A stretch of 64,000 nt of DNA from an uncultured delta proteobacterium. GTDB taxonomy: Bacteria; Desulfobacterota; Desulfomonilia; Desulfomonilales; Desulfomonilaceae. Made by a program: the position numbers and the translations under genes. Every line of letters starts with the position of its first letter. Positions within the stretch are counted from its first letter, which is position 1. Where the stretch lies: contig CAWBKB010000001.1 in NCBI GenBank assembly GCA_963789265.1, positions 1,024,001 through 1,088,000 of the forward strand, written 5' to 3'. Positions 31,636-44,692 of the stretch are shown one piece after another. The notes beneath the pieces were generated by a model. That model was not told the DNA's origin. It saw only the letters and a program-made list of their open reading frames with translations, and searched no databases.

Positions 31636-32585
31636 CTTCTGCCAGCCTTGACGTCATCGACGGCCAAAGTCTCGCACGAACCGGCCGAGACGCTCTCGCC
31701 GGGATCAACTGCCGAAAATCCTGACGTCGGTTGCTTCATCCTGGTCTTCACCTCGTGCAAGATCGAATAAGGCAGCGGCCCGCGGCCCGGAAACACTCCC
31801 AATTCGATTTCAGGCTTACTTGCTCCGTGAAAGTCAGACCCACCGGTGACAACAATATTGAACTCCGCTGCAATCTCTTCAAAAGCTTTTGTTTGTTCAG
31901 GGGTATGTTTCGGATAATAGGCCTCGATGCCGTCCAATCCCTGCTTCACGAAGCCTCGGATGATCTCCCGGATGCGGCCCGCGTCTTGCTCGTCGAGCGA
32001 GTAAGGATGCGCGAGGACTGAGAGCCCTCCAGCCGCTTTAATCACCTGCAAAGCATCACCGGGTGGAATTTTCGTTTTCTCCACGTATGCAGGCGCACCT
32101 TTTTTCAGGTACAAGTCAAACGCTTCCTGAGCTTCACTCACAATACCCTTGCGGACCATGATAGTGGCCAGGTGTGGCCTACCTGGAACTCCGCCTACAG
32201 CCTCTCGAGCCATCTCATCAGTCGTAATGTGAACGCCGCAATCCTTCAGCTTTGACAGGATCTTGGGCACACGGGCTTGCCGTCCCTCTCTCAAGTATTT
32301 CAATACGCTCAAAAGCTCCGGGTTGTCGGGATCGACAAATAAACCCAGGATGTGAAGTATGCCCGCATCCCATTGGGCGCTGATCTCCACCCCTGTGATA
32401 ACTTCCACCCCGATCCTGGAACCTTCAGCCTGAGCTTCGGCAATGCCGGCTAACGTGTCGTGGTCTGTGATCGCGATAGCCTTGAGGCTTCTTTGCGCGG
32501 CCAGCCTCACAACTTCAGCGGGAGAGAAACTCCCGTCAGACATGTTCGTATGCACGTGTAAGTCGATCATATAACCTGCCTGCAC
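31632..32585 (-). CDS. PHP-domain protein (YciV/TrpH-like)
   Basis: IDLHVHT..SDG, AITDHDT, GVEIS, GRPHLA, VLAHP, TGGSDFHG. Confidence 0.92.
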   Translation of the reverse strand: MQAGYMIDLHVHTNMSDGSFSPAEVVRLAAQRSLKAIAITDHDTLAGIAEAQAEGSRIGVEVITGVEISAQWDAGILHILGLFVDPDNPELLSVLKYLREGRQARVPKILSKLKDCGVHITTDEMAREAVGGVPGRPHLATIMVRKGIVSEAQEAFDLYLKKGAPAYVEKTKIPPGDALQVIKAAGGLSVLAHPYSLDEQDAGRIREIIRGFVKQGLDGIEAYYPKHTPEQTKAFEEIAAEFNIVVTGGSDFHGASKPEIELGVFPGRGPLPYSILHEVKTRMKQPTSGFSAVDPGESVSAGSCETLAVDDVKAGRR

Positions 32586-32755
32586 GCCTCCATGCGACTT
32601 CTGCAGCGAGCGATAAGGTGTGAGTAAGCTCGAGAATCCTTAAATACTGGGTCAAGTATTGAATCAAAATATGAGAGGAGAGATAATTCGTCAAGGCAAT
32701 GGGAATGGGGGCAGGCTTCTATAACGATTCTCGAAAGTAATCACGGATTGACTTG

Positions 32756-32827
<72 letters not shown>

Positions 32828-33100
32828 AAGACACGATCTTCACATGTTGGATTCCAACTGCAAACCGCGAGGACTTTTGAGAACAGCTCTAGCATGTAGA
32901 GCGCGTAGGATGCGGTCATTCCCGCGGAACGTGCGGGAACCGCATCATTCGAGCCTCACCACGCCTTTGGCGTGGTTCATTCCGCAAGATGCGAAATTCA
33001 CCGGATCCTACACGAGCTGAACCAAGTTAGGAATTTCCCACTTTCCGACTTGACCATTTCGGCCTCATGGTCTACACAATTTAAAGAAAGGAAGCTTGCC

Positions 33101-33367
33101 ATGATCAAAACCGTGGATTCAAAAGGTAGAGTCAGCCTCGGCCAACGATTCGCAAACAAGCCTGTAATCATTGAAGATCTCAGTGACACCGAAATAAAGA
33201 TCTCTCTTGCCAGGGTGATTCCGGAGCGTGAGATGTGGCTGTGGCAAAACCCCGAGGCCAGAGACACGGTCTTGTCTGCTCTCGAACGACTCAAGCGCGG
33301 AGAGTTTGCTGAAGATCCCCCAGATCTAGAAGCTGATGAAGAACTTGTTTCTCAGCTTGAGGACTGA
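33101..33367 (+). CDS. Putative antitoxin with an AbrB/MraZ-like N-terminus
   Basis: KTVDSKGRVSLG then IPEREMWLWQNPEA; AAGGAAG RBS; 2 bp upstream of the toxin. Confidence 0.7.
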   Translation: MIKTVDSKGRVSLGQRFANKPVIIEDLSDTEIKISLARVIPEREMWLWQNPEARDTVLSALERLKRGEFAEDPPDLEADEELVSQLED

Positions 33368-33369
33368 GC

Positions 33370-33723
33370 ATGAAGTTCACTCTCGCCTGGGATCGAAAGG
33401 CCAAAGAGGCCTATAATGCGCTTAAGCTCAAGGCTGAAGCCTCGCTCAAGTCCAGAGAGACGTCCTCCAAACACAGGAAAGCTACTAGGGATGAGGGCCT
33501 ATTCAAGCAGGTTCGCAAATGCATACGAGTGTTGCAGCAGAACCCCAGACATCCAGGCTTGCAGACCCACGAGTTCGAGTTCATGGCCAACCCTTTTGAT
33601 AAACATCAAAAAGTTTTCGTAGCCTATGCCCAGCAGCACACCCCCGGCGTGTATCGTGTTTTCTGGTGCTACGGTCCGCGAAAGGGAGAAATAACCATAA
33701 TCGCAATCACTCCGCATCCTTGA
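33370..33723 (+). CDS. Putative RelE-superfamily toxin
   Basis: LQQNPRHPGLQTHE, YRVFWCYGP, ITIIAITPHP C-terminus. Confidence 0.7.
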   Translation: MKFTLAWDRKAKEAYNALKLKAEASLKSRETSSKHRKATRDEGLFKQVRKCIRVLQQNPRHPGLQTHEFEFMANPFDKHQKVFVAYAQQHTPGVYRVFWCYGPRKGEITIIAITPHP

Positions 33724-33941
33724 GGCCGGAACCCGCATCCGATGGGGCCAAGTCCTGTTTCTTGACTTCCTCTTTTCGCTCTTTACGGTTTTCCCCCTGT
33801 CGGGCAACGGAGCCCAACCTGTTCCGCCATCTCCCTTGCCGTAAAAATCCGAACCTGGCTCCAGGTCTTATGTAAAAAGGAGTGGGCTTGTCAAGCCCTG
33901 CTAAGGTTTAGGGTCGGAGGGATCGAAGAATGATGCGAGGT

Positions 33942-34886
33942 TCACGCTGAAAGAGATCGCTGAGTTACCTGAGAGAGGCGCTCCCTGCAGATTGCCACGT
34001 AAGCGGGATCTATTTCATACCCGACGAAGTGGCGCCCGGCCTGGAGCGAAGCAATCGCGGTAGATCCGCTCCCCATAAAGGGATCGAGAACGGTTTCGCC
34101 TTCGAAAGTATATAGATGAATGAGCCGCTCAACAAGAGCCACAGGAAAAGGAGCCGGATGGCCGACCCTTCTGGCCGACTCGGGAGGGATATTCCAGACA
34201 CTGGTGGTCGCGGCCATGAATTCATCCCGAGTGATCGTGGATCGACCCTTCGACGGCCGGTCAAAGCGCTGCTTGGAAAAGATGAGCACGTATTCGTGAA
34301 GATCCCTCAGAGTCGGATTCCCCGCAGACATCCAGGAGCCCCAGGCGCAGGAGCCGCCGGCCCCTTTGCCCTTCACCCATATTATCTCGCCTCTCATGAG
34401 AAGGCCAAGATCCGATGCCATATTGGAAATATGGGCATTGAGAGGAATGTATGGCTTTCTCCCCAGATTCGCGACATTAAATGCGATGCGACCGCCGGGG
34501 ACAAGCACTCTGTGGGTTTCGGACAGGACACGCTCTAAAAAAGCCAGATACTCCTCGAGAGTGAGATCCAGATCGTAGTCTTTCCCCACATTGTACGGCG
34601 GCGAGGTAACCATAAGAGCCACCGAATTGTCGGGGAGTTCCGTCATTTGCTCGGATGAATGGGGGAATATACGATCAACATAGTGAGGAGAAATTTCGTT
34701 GATCTGTTGGCAACCGGTTTCGCAAGCGCCGGCCGCACAGAGCTTTCTCCCGTAGAATGCGGATGAGTCGTGCCCTTCTCGCTTTCCGGTGCCGAACGAT
34801 CTTGTGGAGGTGCCTTTTCTCAAATCCATCCCATGCGCCGCGGCCGGTATTAGGGGTCGGCCGGGAACAGGGAGATGGGTTAGCAT
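33942..34886 (-). CDS. Site-specific DNA amino-methyltransferase (N4C/N6A, beta class), orphan
   Basis: VTSPPYN before HPAPFP and VLDPFMGSGST (beta order); no endonuclease adjacent. The start may be 34829. Confidence 0.9.
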   Translation of the reverse strand: MLTHLPVPGRPLIPAAAHGMDLRKGTSTRSFGTGKREGHDSSAFYGRKLCAAGACETGCQQINEISPHYVDRIFPHSSEQMTELPDNSVALMVTSPPYNVGKDYDLDLTLEEYLAFLERVLSETHRVLVPGGRIAFNVANLGRKPYIPLNAHISNMASDLGLLMRGEIIWVKGKGAGGSCAWGSWMSAGNPTLRDLHEYVLIFSKQRFDRPSKGRSTITRDEFMAATTSVWNIPPESARRVGHPAPFPVALVERLIHLYTFEGETVLDPFMGSGSTAIASLQAGRHFVGYEIDPAYVAICRERLSQVTQRSLSA

Positions 34887-34969
34887 TTCTCAACTATAAT
34901 GTCAATAAAATACCATTAAATTAATAAGTAATAGAAAAATATTAATGTAATACATTAATGAAATAGTTG

Positions 34970-35253
34970 ACCGCTGAGAACGCAGAGCACGCGGAGAATT
35001 TTATGCTCGTTTCTCAGGCCCGCCTGAAAATGCGCGGACTTGGAGACCCAGCCTCCATCATGATGTGGAAACAAGGGCAACGTGCGGGCAGAGCCCGCGA
35101 GATATGGATTCCCAGGCGGAGCTTGGGAACCAGAACGCGACGGAGCAGTCCCATCTTCGGTGGGATGGGCATCTTGCCCGTCACTAAACGACAGGCAGGA
35201 TGCCTGTCCCACCAGGGATACATTTTCTCTGCGTTCTCTCCGCTCTCCGCGGT
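34970..35253. repeat. Nested repeat stack: ACCGC.GAGAACGCAGAG...CTCTGCG..CCGCGGT shell enclosing two other REP families
   Basis: Inner units at ~35051..35133 (as 1757) and ~35160..35212 (GTGGGATGGGCATCTTGCCCGTC..GACAGGCAGGATGCCTGTCCCAC). Confidence 0.8.
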
Positions 35254-35521
35254 GCATCCGGATTGCTTGCTTTACTGGTTATGCAAGATGCGGCCGCACA
35301 CTTCTTGCCAGGAACTCAAGTAACGTGGTAATATCTGCTGCTCTTTCGGTCGTGGCGCGTCTGTGGCTTGTGGCCGCCCCGGGAATCGTATGCGGTCCCG
35401 GTTTGGCAGGCTGGTCACAAATCTCAACAAAGATCCAACAACTGGCGACGTTCAAAGTTTCAGCGCCGATAGCTCTGCAACCGGAGGAAGCGATGCTTAT
35501 CTTTATCGTAGGTTCGAATAG

Positions 35522-38198
<2,677 letters not shown>

Positions 38199-38298
38199 CT
38201 GAAGCTGGGGCAAACCTTGCCGGGGAGCATCGGTCCGAGCGGTGAGGCGAGGGATATAGCGGCTAGCCTATGAAGGGGCACGGACGGCGAGGCTAAAG

Positions 38299-38472
38299 AT
38301 GACGAACATCAACGAGAGCAACGAGGTTTACGGCAGGATCGCGCGTGTGATCAACGAATTGAAAATGGCGAGGCAGTCGGTAACCATTTTCAAGGTGGTT
38401 GAATTGACGGGTATCGATCAGTTCGTAGTGTTCCGGTATTTCTACGAAAAGGGATTGCTTAGGGGAAAATGA
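38299..38472 (+). CDS. 57-aa putative HTH protein (below the ORF-track cutoff)
   Basis: MTNINESNEVYGRIARVINELKMARQSVTIFKVVELTGIDQFVVFRYFYEKGLLRGK; GAGG RBS. Confidence 0.55.
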   Translation: MTNINESNEVYGRIARVINELKMARQSVTIFKVVELTGIDQFVVFRYFYEKGLLRGK

Positions 38473-38520
38473 GGAACTATAGGCCCGAATCGTCTTACCA
38501 AGTCAACCAACTGGTGCCGC

Positions 38521-38694
38521 TCACCAGAACCAGAACCCCCAAGGCGGGTCGTGAGGCCCGACCATGCTTGCAGGGTACGTGTAGTTTTCCGGCCAGACGG
38601 AATACCACTGGTTGTACCAACCGGGATAGGCCATCCACCCTATAAATGTGAGCACGAGCAGACCGTATGCCAGGGATCGACGTAGACCGAACAT
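38521..38694 (-). CDS. 57-aa Trp/Tyr/Pro-rich small membrane or secreted protein
   Basis: AGAGGA RBS; one hydrophobic segment followed by AYPGWYNQWYSVWPENYTYP..PPWGFWFW. Confidence 0.55.
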   Translation of the reverse strand: MFGLRRSLAYGLLVLTFIGWMAYPGWYNQWYSVWPENYTYPASMVGPHDPPWGFWFW

Positions 38695-38835
38695 GTGGAA
38701 ATCCTCTTTAACTTGATTTAAATACCTCACATTAATTCATTGCATTTTACGGTACTTGTTTACACAAGTCAATGCTGAAGTTTATATATGGATAATCTAT
38801 TACTTGAGCGATAACCGTTCAGCGGGCAATCAGGA

Positions 38836-39012
38836 TTCACCGCAGAGTGCGCCGAGAACGCAGAGAGAAAAAATGGCTTCCGCAAGCCCACATAAGTAGC
38901 GGGGCTACTCAGTCAGGCCGGTAGCACCTTCAGTGCCAGAGACCGGAATGCCTTGCGCCTCACCTGGGAGAATGGCACAGAAAACAGAACTCTTCGCGAT
39001 CTCCGCGGTGAA
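38836..39012. repeat. TTCACCGCAGAG..GAGAACGCAGAG / CTCCGCGGTGAA inverted-end element
   Basis: Same shell family as 34970..35253. Confidence 0.65.
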
Positions 39013-39115
39013 CGATTACATTGAGTGTGGACATCCTGCCCCCCTTTCACCGCCATAGTGAACACCATCAAAAACTGCGCTTATTACAGGTTTTCGTAAA
39101 TACGATGGCGTATTG

Positions 39116-39330
39116 GGGTGCCACTGCTGGCTTGTCCAGCAGTGCCTGCTCGAAAAACACTGCTGGACAAGCCAGCAGTGGCACCCGGCGGCGAAACATT
39201 CTCATTGCGAGCGAAGCGAAGCAATCTCTTCCTCTAAGGACTTAGATTGCCAGTGGGACGGGCATCCTGCCCGTCGTCCATAATAGACAGGCAGGATGCC
39301 TGTCCCACTATTTGTTCCTCGCAATGACAA
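39116..39330. repeat. Tandem of the CCACTGCTGG inverted pair (39116..39186) and the composite element (39202..39330)
   Basis: Match 32757..32827 and 25524..25655 respectively. Confidence 0.85.
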
Positions 39331-39557
39331 TCTTTTGCCGCTCGTAACCGGGGGATCACTTGACGCGGCTCGAAATGTCTTGAATTCGATGCCGCTTCTG
39401 ACCTAATTATTTATACGAATTGGGGGGCGGACAATCGCGCTGTAAATTCCGGTTAGTTGTTTTGTCCCGCAACGGATGCAGTCTGTTCGGCATTTCCGTG
39501 TCAGCCAGCTCTGTCCAACTTTGGATCACCTCCAGGATAGCGGGTTCGAAGGAAATC

Positions 39558-40631
39558 ATGAAACGAAACAATTCAGACGATAATGGTGGAGGCACTGAGA
39601 ATTCTGCGAAGCGTCTTGAAATAGATGACTTGGCCACTCAGACCATTGATCTCGCTGACCTGCTCACAAAACATGTGACCTCTTCGGGCAGCTTCGATAT
39701 TCGAGGCGGAATCTGGGCCACGACCTTTGGCAAACTGCTCCAGGCTTTGCCGATTCCCGCTGTACTTGTCGACCGAGCCTTTGAAGTGGCGGCTGCGAAT
39801 GAGGCGTGGAAAAAGCTCGGTCCGGGATATACGGAAGCGCTGTGCGGTCGTTTTTCAGAACTTTTTGGGACTCCGTCCGCTGCAAGAAAAATCCAGTCCG
39901 CAATAGAAGAGGTCTTCCGTACTAGAAGAGCCAAGTTTGTCGAAGCACAGATCAGGGTGAGAGAAACCCCGGCAATATGGGCGCGAATCACTTTCCGCGC
40001 AATTAGGATAGTGCAAGAGAGGTTCTTGCTCGCTTTGGTCGAAGACTTGACCGCGGAAATGAAACAACTTGCGCTAAGCAAGAAACATCGGGAACAACTT
40101 GAAGCCACTCAACAGCAGCTCGAACAAAAGGTGGCTGAACGAACCGCGCAACTGACCCTAACAAATGAAAGCCTGCGGAAGGAAATTGAAGAGCGACTGA
40201 AAGCTGAAGAGGCGCTGAAAACCGTGGTGGCCAAGATCGAGGAGCAACTCAGGGAAGTGCGTGAAGACCTGGTGCTCAAGATGCGGATCTCCCTGAAGCC
40301 TTTGATCGATCAACTTAAAGCCCAGGAATCTTCTGCCAACTGTCAGCTTCTTATTGAGGCCATGGACTATCACCTCGAGAATACCTTTTCATCCCTCGGG
40401 ACCCGGATGTCCTCAAAGCTTGCGACGTTGTCGCCACGTGAAATTCAGGTATGTAACCTCATCGCGTCGGGACTTTCCTCTAAGCAAATAGCAGATGTTG
40501 TCGGGGTAACAGCGGAAGCGATCAGCCACCAGAGGCTCAATATCAGGAAAAAACTCGGCCTTGACTTGTCTAGTGCGAGCATGGCCACGTGGCTTCGTCA
40601 ATTCTACGGTTTTCAGGTCGATGAACCTTGA
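39558..40631 (+). CDS. PAS-like domain + coiled coil + LuxR-type HTH transcriptional regulator
   Basis: LSPREIQVCNLIASGLSSKQIA....HQRLNIRKKLGL; LEQKVAERTAQL signalling helix; AAGGA RBS before ATG 39558. Confidence 0.88.
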   Translation: MKRNNSDDNGGGTENSAKRLEIDDLATQTIDLADLLTKHVTSSGSFDIRGGIWATTFGKLLQALPIPAVLVDRAFEVAAANEAWKKLGPGYTEALCGRFSELFGTPSAARKIQSAIEEVFRTRRAKFVEAQIRVRETPAIWARITFRAIRIVQERFLLALVEDLTAEMKQLALSKKHREQLEATQQQLEQKVAERTAQLTLTNESLRKEIEERLKAEEALKTVVAKIEEQLREVREDLVLKMRISLKPLIDQLKAQESSANCQLLIEAMDYHLENTFSSLGTRMSSKLATLSPREIQVCNLIASGLSSKQIADVVGVTAEAISHQRLNIRKKLGLDLSSASMATWLRQFYGFQVDEP

Positions 40632-41175
40632 GGTCGGACCTGGACTCACCGCGTATTACCTGACTGACCCCAATCCCTACAGATATTTTTAAGGAGCGGA
40701 ACCGTTCAGCTTGCGATCGGTCCAGCAATCCGCGCGGAATTGCCGGAAGGGGCGTCGAGAACGCAGAAAAATGGACGCATAATTTTGGACGCCAATCCAG
40801 GGTCGGTAGCGCCGATCTCGCGGGACTCAGGACCGCCCCGGGCATAAGGCATTCGCGCGTACAAACCGGCAATTGGCCGAATGACGATTGGTTTTCTCCA
40901 CGTGCCCGGCGTTCTCCGTTGTGAAATATTAACAGAGAGCCGATGTTACTTATGGCTCGCGGCTCTTTATAAGTGGCTAGCCTTCGGAGCAGCACATTTT
41001 ACCGATTGGGTATATTTGATACCTAATTACCTACTGTTTTTTTCGTATTGACCGAGTCTTCGCAAGCGCCCAGAATCACAATTAAATATTGGTGGATGTC
41101 CCTGAAGTGCTCTTCAGGAGAATTCTTGGCTCTGGTCGGTCCGCATTGATGATTTGACGGATGTGAAACAGGGGA

Positions 41176-43260
41176 ATGGACATGGATCCAAAGGACCCAC
41201 GCGGCCCCCATTTTTACCGGAAGCGGAATCCCGCGGCCCATCTTTCCGCTGATGAGGCGGGACCTACGGAAACTATTGACCTGAATGCGCTGTTTTCTTT
41301 TGAGGCAAGCGAATCCGGCTCCTTCGATCTCTCAAAGGTGAGCCATTCGACCTTTGCGAAACTACTTCAGGCGTTGTCAGTGCCTACACTGCTGATAGCA
41401 CGCTCTCATGCCATAAAATTTGCAAATTCGGCTTTTGTGAAGACCACTCGTGACAGTTTCGATTTGACAGGCGCAACATTCTCGGCGCTCTTTCCGAATC
41501 CGAGAGAGGCGCGCCAGGCTCAGCTACTTCTGGAGAAAGTGTTCACAGAAAGAAAGGCTGAGGTCCGGGAAAAAGTCCTGAAGATTCGGAAGATCAAACT
41601 GTGGGCCAGGATTCACCTACGGACTATACGGTTGGGCGCCGAACAGCTCGCGTTGGTCCAGATCGAGAACCTGACGGCTCAAAAACAACTTCTGAGCGTG
41701 CAAAAGTACAAGAAATTGGTGAAAATATTTCCCATTGGTATTGCAGAATTTGCTTTGCCGCGTCAACTCGACCTTTCCCTGTCCCCCGATAAACTACTTT
41801 CCAACGTTCTCGATGCCGGGGTTGTCGACGGCAACGAAAAGTTCGCAAACATCTATCAGCGCCGGAGCATTTCAGACTTGGCAGGCACAAGATTGGGGAC
41901 ACTCCTGCCGTGCAAGGGGCGAGGGGAAATCCTCTACAAACAGTGGGCACATGCGGGTTTTCCGATTCGCTCCTTCGAGACCCGGGAGGCGGACGCTTCA
42001 GGAAAGGCCCATTTCTTTGAAAACACCCTTATCGGCAATGTAAGCGATCAGCGCTTGCTGGGATTCTGGTGGCTCAAGCTCGACGTGACCGAAAAGAAAA
42101 AGGCCGAAGAAGAATTCGCAAAATCTCAAAGGATTGAATCCCTTGGAATACTTGCCGGAGGCATAGCGCACGATTTCAACAACCTACTCACTGCGATGTT
42201 GGGGAACATTTCCCTGGCTCAGACTTACCTAACCCCGGACCAGAAAGCCTACGATTGGCTCGAAGCGGCGGCCGCAGCCTCTAAACGAGCGCAAGCGCTG
42301 ACCCACCAACTCCTGACTTTCTCCAAAGGGGGAGCACCGATTAAAAAGACTGCCTCTGTCGCAGAGTTGCTTAAGGATACGGTGGAGTTTGCCCTGCGAG
42401 GGTCAAATGTCCACCATGAGCTTTCCATTGCTGATAGCTTGTTCCCTGTGGAAATGGACCAGGGACAGATCAGCCAAGTGGTCTACAACCTAGTTATCAA
42501 CGCTCTTCAGGCAATGCCCGACGGAGGCACAATCATGGTTCAGGCCGAAAACTGTGTTGTTCGTCCGGAATACTTGCTTCCCCTGAGTCCTGGCAATTAC
42601 GTGAGAATCCGGATTCAGGATGCAGGGGTGGGTATACCGCCGGGTATCTTGCAGAAGATTTTCGATCCGTATTTCAGTACCAAGGAAGGCGGAAGCGGCC
42701 TCGGACTTTCAACGGCGTACTCAATAATCAAGAAACACGACGGGCTGATCACCGTAAATTCTGAGGTGGGGCTGGGAAGCACGTTCTACATCTATCTGCC
42801 GGCTTCGCAGAGATTTTCCGCCGCAATGGACTCTCAAGCTACTGAAGAAGAAACTCCCTGCTATAAAGGCAAGATCCTTGTCATGGACGATGAAGAATGT
42901 ATACGAGACTTGATGAGGGATTTGCTCGCACACATCGGGTATGCAGTTTGTTTGGTAAAGGACGGGTACGAGGCGGTGGCTGAATATCAGCGGGCAAAGG
43001 ATGCCGGAAAGCCCTTTGACGCAGTAATCATGGATCTAACCGTACCAGGTGGGATGGGCGGCCGGGAGGCGATCCAGCGCCTGCTGAAGATTGATCCGGA
43101 TGTTCTGGCCATTGTATCCAGCGGTTATTCCGACGATCCGGTATTGGCGGATTTCAAAAGCTATGGCTTTGCAGGTGTGCTATCCAAGCCATATACATCG
43201 GACGCTGTGATGGACCTGCTGGAATCGGTCATGAAAAGATCCTCGGATCCGACCCTCTAG
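41176..43260 (+). CDS. Cytoplasmic hybrid histidine kinase (PAS-like x2, HisKA, HATPase, REC)
   Basis: [61 protein letters not shown]. Confidence 0.93.
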   Translation: MDMDPKDPRGPHFYRKRNPAAHLSADEAGPTETIDLNALFSFEASESGSFDLSKVSHSTFAKLLQALSVPTLLIARSHAIKFANSAFVKTTRDSFDLTGATFSALFPNPREARQAQLLLEKVFTERKAEVREKVLKIRKIKLWARIHLRTIRLGAEQLALVQIENLTAQKQLLSVQKYKKLVKIFPIGIAEFALPRQLDLSLSPDKLLSNVLDAGVVDGNEKFANIYQRRSISDLAGTRLGTLLPCKGRGEILYKQWAHAGFPIRSFETREADASGKAHFFENTLIGNVSDQRLLGFWWLKLDVTEKKKAEEEFAKSQRIESLGILAGGIAHDFNNLLTAMLGNISLAQTYLTPDQKAYDWLEAAAAASKRAQALTHQLLTFSKGGAPIKKTASVAELLKDTVEFALRGSNVHHELSIADSLFPVEMDQGQISQVVYNLVINALQAMPDGGTIMVQAENCVVRPEYLLPLSPGNYVRIRIQDAGVGIPPGILQKIFDPYFSTKEGGSGLGLSTAYSIIKKHDGLITVNSEVGLGSTFYIYLPASQRFSAAMDSQATEEETPCYKGKILVMDDEECIRDLMRDLLAHIGYAVCLVKDGYEAVAEYQRAKDAGKPFDAVIMDLTVPGGMGGREAIQRLLKIDPDVLAIVSSGYSDDPVLADFKSYGFAGVLSKPYTSDAVMDLLESVMKRSSDPTL

Positions 43261-43372
43261 TATTGCCGTCGGAAGGATATGGCCCAGCAGCCTTGCCAGG
43301 CAAAGATCGGGCCACACTTCGTGGCCTGGATCTAATCTTCTGCGGAAACTCTATTCAGGCAGCGCATGCCTC

Positions 43373-44690
43373 TTGAAGTCTGTACGAAGCTCGGAGGATG
43401 GCTTGCCCCCAGCCGACAGGAATGCTCTCGCAAAGAAGCGTCGGATTAGTGCCATTAGCCTGGTTAAAGACGTCCGAGCGGGGTACTCTGATGAGCAGCT
43501 TCGAGTGAAATACCGGGTTACACGCGACGGTCTGCAATACTTGCTGACGAGATTGGTCGATTCCGGTTTGATCACGCACTTGGAACTATACAGTCGGCAG
43601 TCTCTCTCTGAGAGTGATCTCATGAGAGCTTTCTCGGAGGATGCCGCCCCCGTGTTAAAGTGCATACGTTGCGGCAATGTCCTGCCGGAGGGCGTTGGTT
43701 CATGCCCGCACTGTGACACTTTAGCAGTAGAATTGCAGGAATCGCTCGTCATCGAGCCCGAGGTATCGCTTGGACCAAGCAATCCCCTGCCTGATTTGAC
43801 TCGCACTCCGGGAGATCAATTCATACCAACCGACCCCTTCGGGTCCCCCGGAAACGCCCTGGAGATACTGGAGGTCAAGCCGAACATCCGAGACGTGGCT
43901 CAACAGGGCGACGGTTTAAAGGGGCAGGCTTTGCTGAAAGCGGCAAGTCGAGGGATCTATGAACAGGTTGAGGCCCTAATGAATTCCGGGGTGAATGCAG
44001 ATTCACGCAGCAAGTACGGAAATACTCCGTTAATACGGGCCGCGTTCAAAGGCCATCCCGAGGTGGCGAAGCTGCTCCTGGACAGGGGCGCGGATGTGAA
44101 TGCAGAGAATGTCCAAGGGAATACCGCCCTAATTTTCGCCGTCAGTGCCGGTCATGCGGAAGTGGTGGAGCTTCTCCTGAATCATGGGGCAAATGCCGGT
44201 ACGAAGGCTCCGGACGGCAACACCGCGCTGAACGATTGCATGTCGGGGGGAAAATGCTTTCATTGTCGAATCGCTTATAGACCATGGCGCAGATGTCAAT
44301 GAGGCGAACAACAACGGCGATACTCCGTTAATGATTGCTTCCGACAAAGGCCAAACGAAGATCGTAGAGATTGTCATTAAGGCTGGAGCTCAAATAGACG
44401 CCGGCAACAAGCATTGGAACACCGCGCTCATGAAGGCTGCATTCAGAGGCCATGAGTCCGTAGTAAGGCTGTTGCTGGCAAGTGGCGCCCGCGTAGACTC
44501 CAGAAACACGTACGGCAATACAGCTCTTATGAAAGCCTGTCATCCGGGTCACCTTCAGATTGCCAGGCTGCTTCTGGAAGCTGGGGCCGACGTCAATGCG
44601 AAAGACCTCGACGGCGTAACGCCCATGATGAGGGCTGTTAGAACGCAAAGAAATGACCTCATGCATCTTCTAGCCCAATATGGGGGGTAA
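43373..44690 (+). CDS. Unnamed HTH-like module + CxxC..CxxC zinc ribbon + ankyrin repeats; +1 frameshift at ~44231
   Basis: KRRISAISLVKDVRAGYSDEQL..KY; CIRCG..CPHC; multiple GNTPL/TAL ankyrin repeats continue across ORFs 43373 and 44331 if one A is removed. The start may be TTG 43403 (GGAGG). Confidence 0.8.
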
Positions 44691-44692
44691 GA

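Noticed and set aside
38870..38990. Possible tRNA or SRP RNA inside the inverted-end element
   Set aside because: No cloverleaf, T-loop or SRP conserved loop found.
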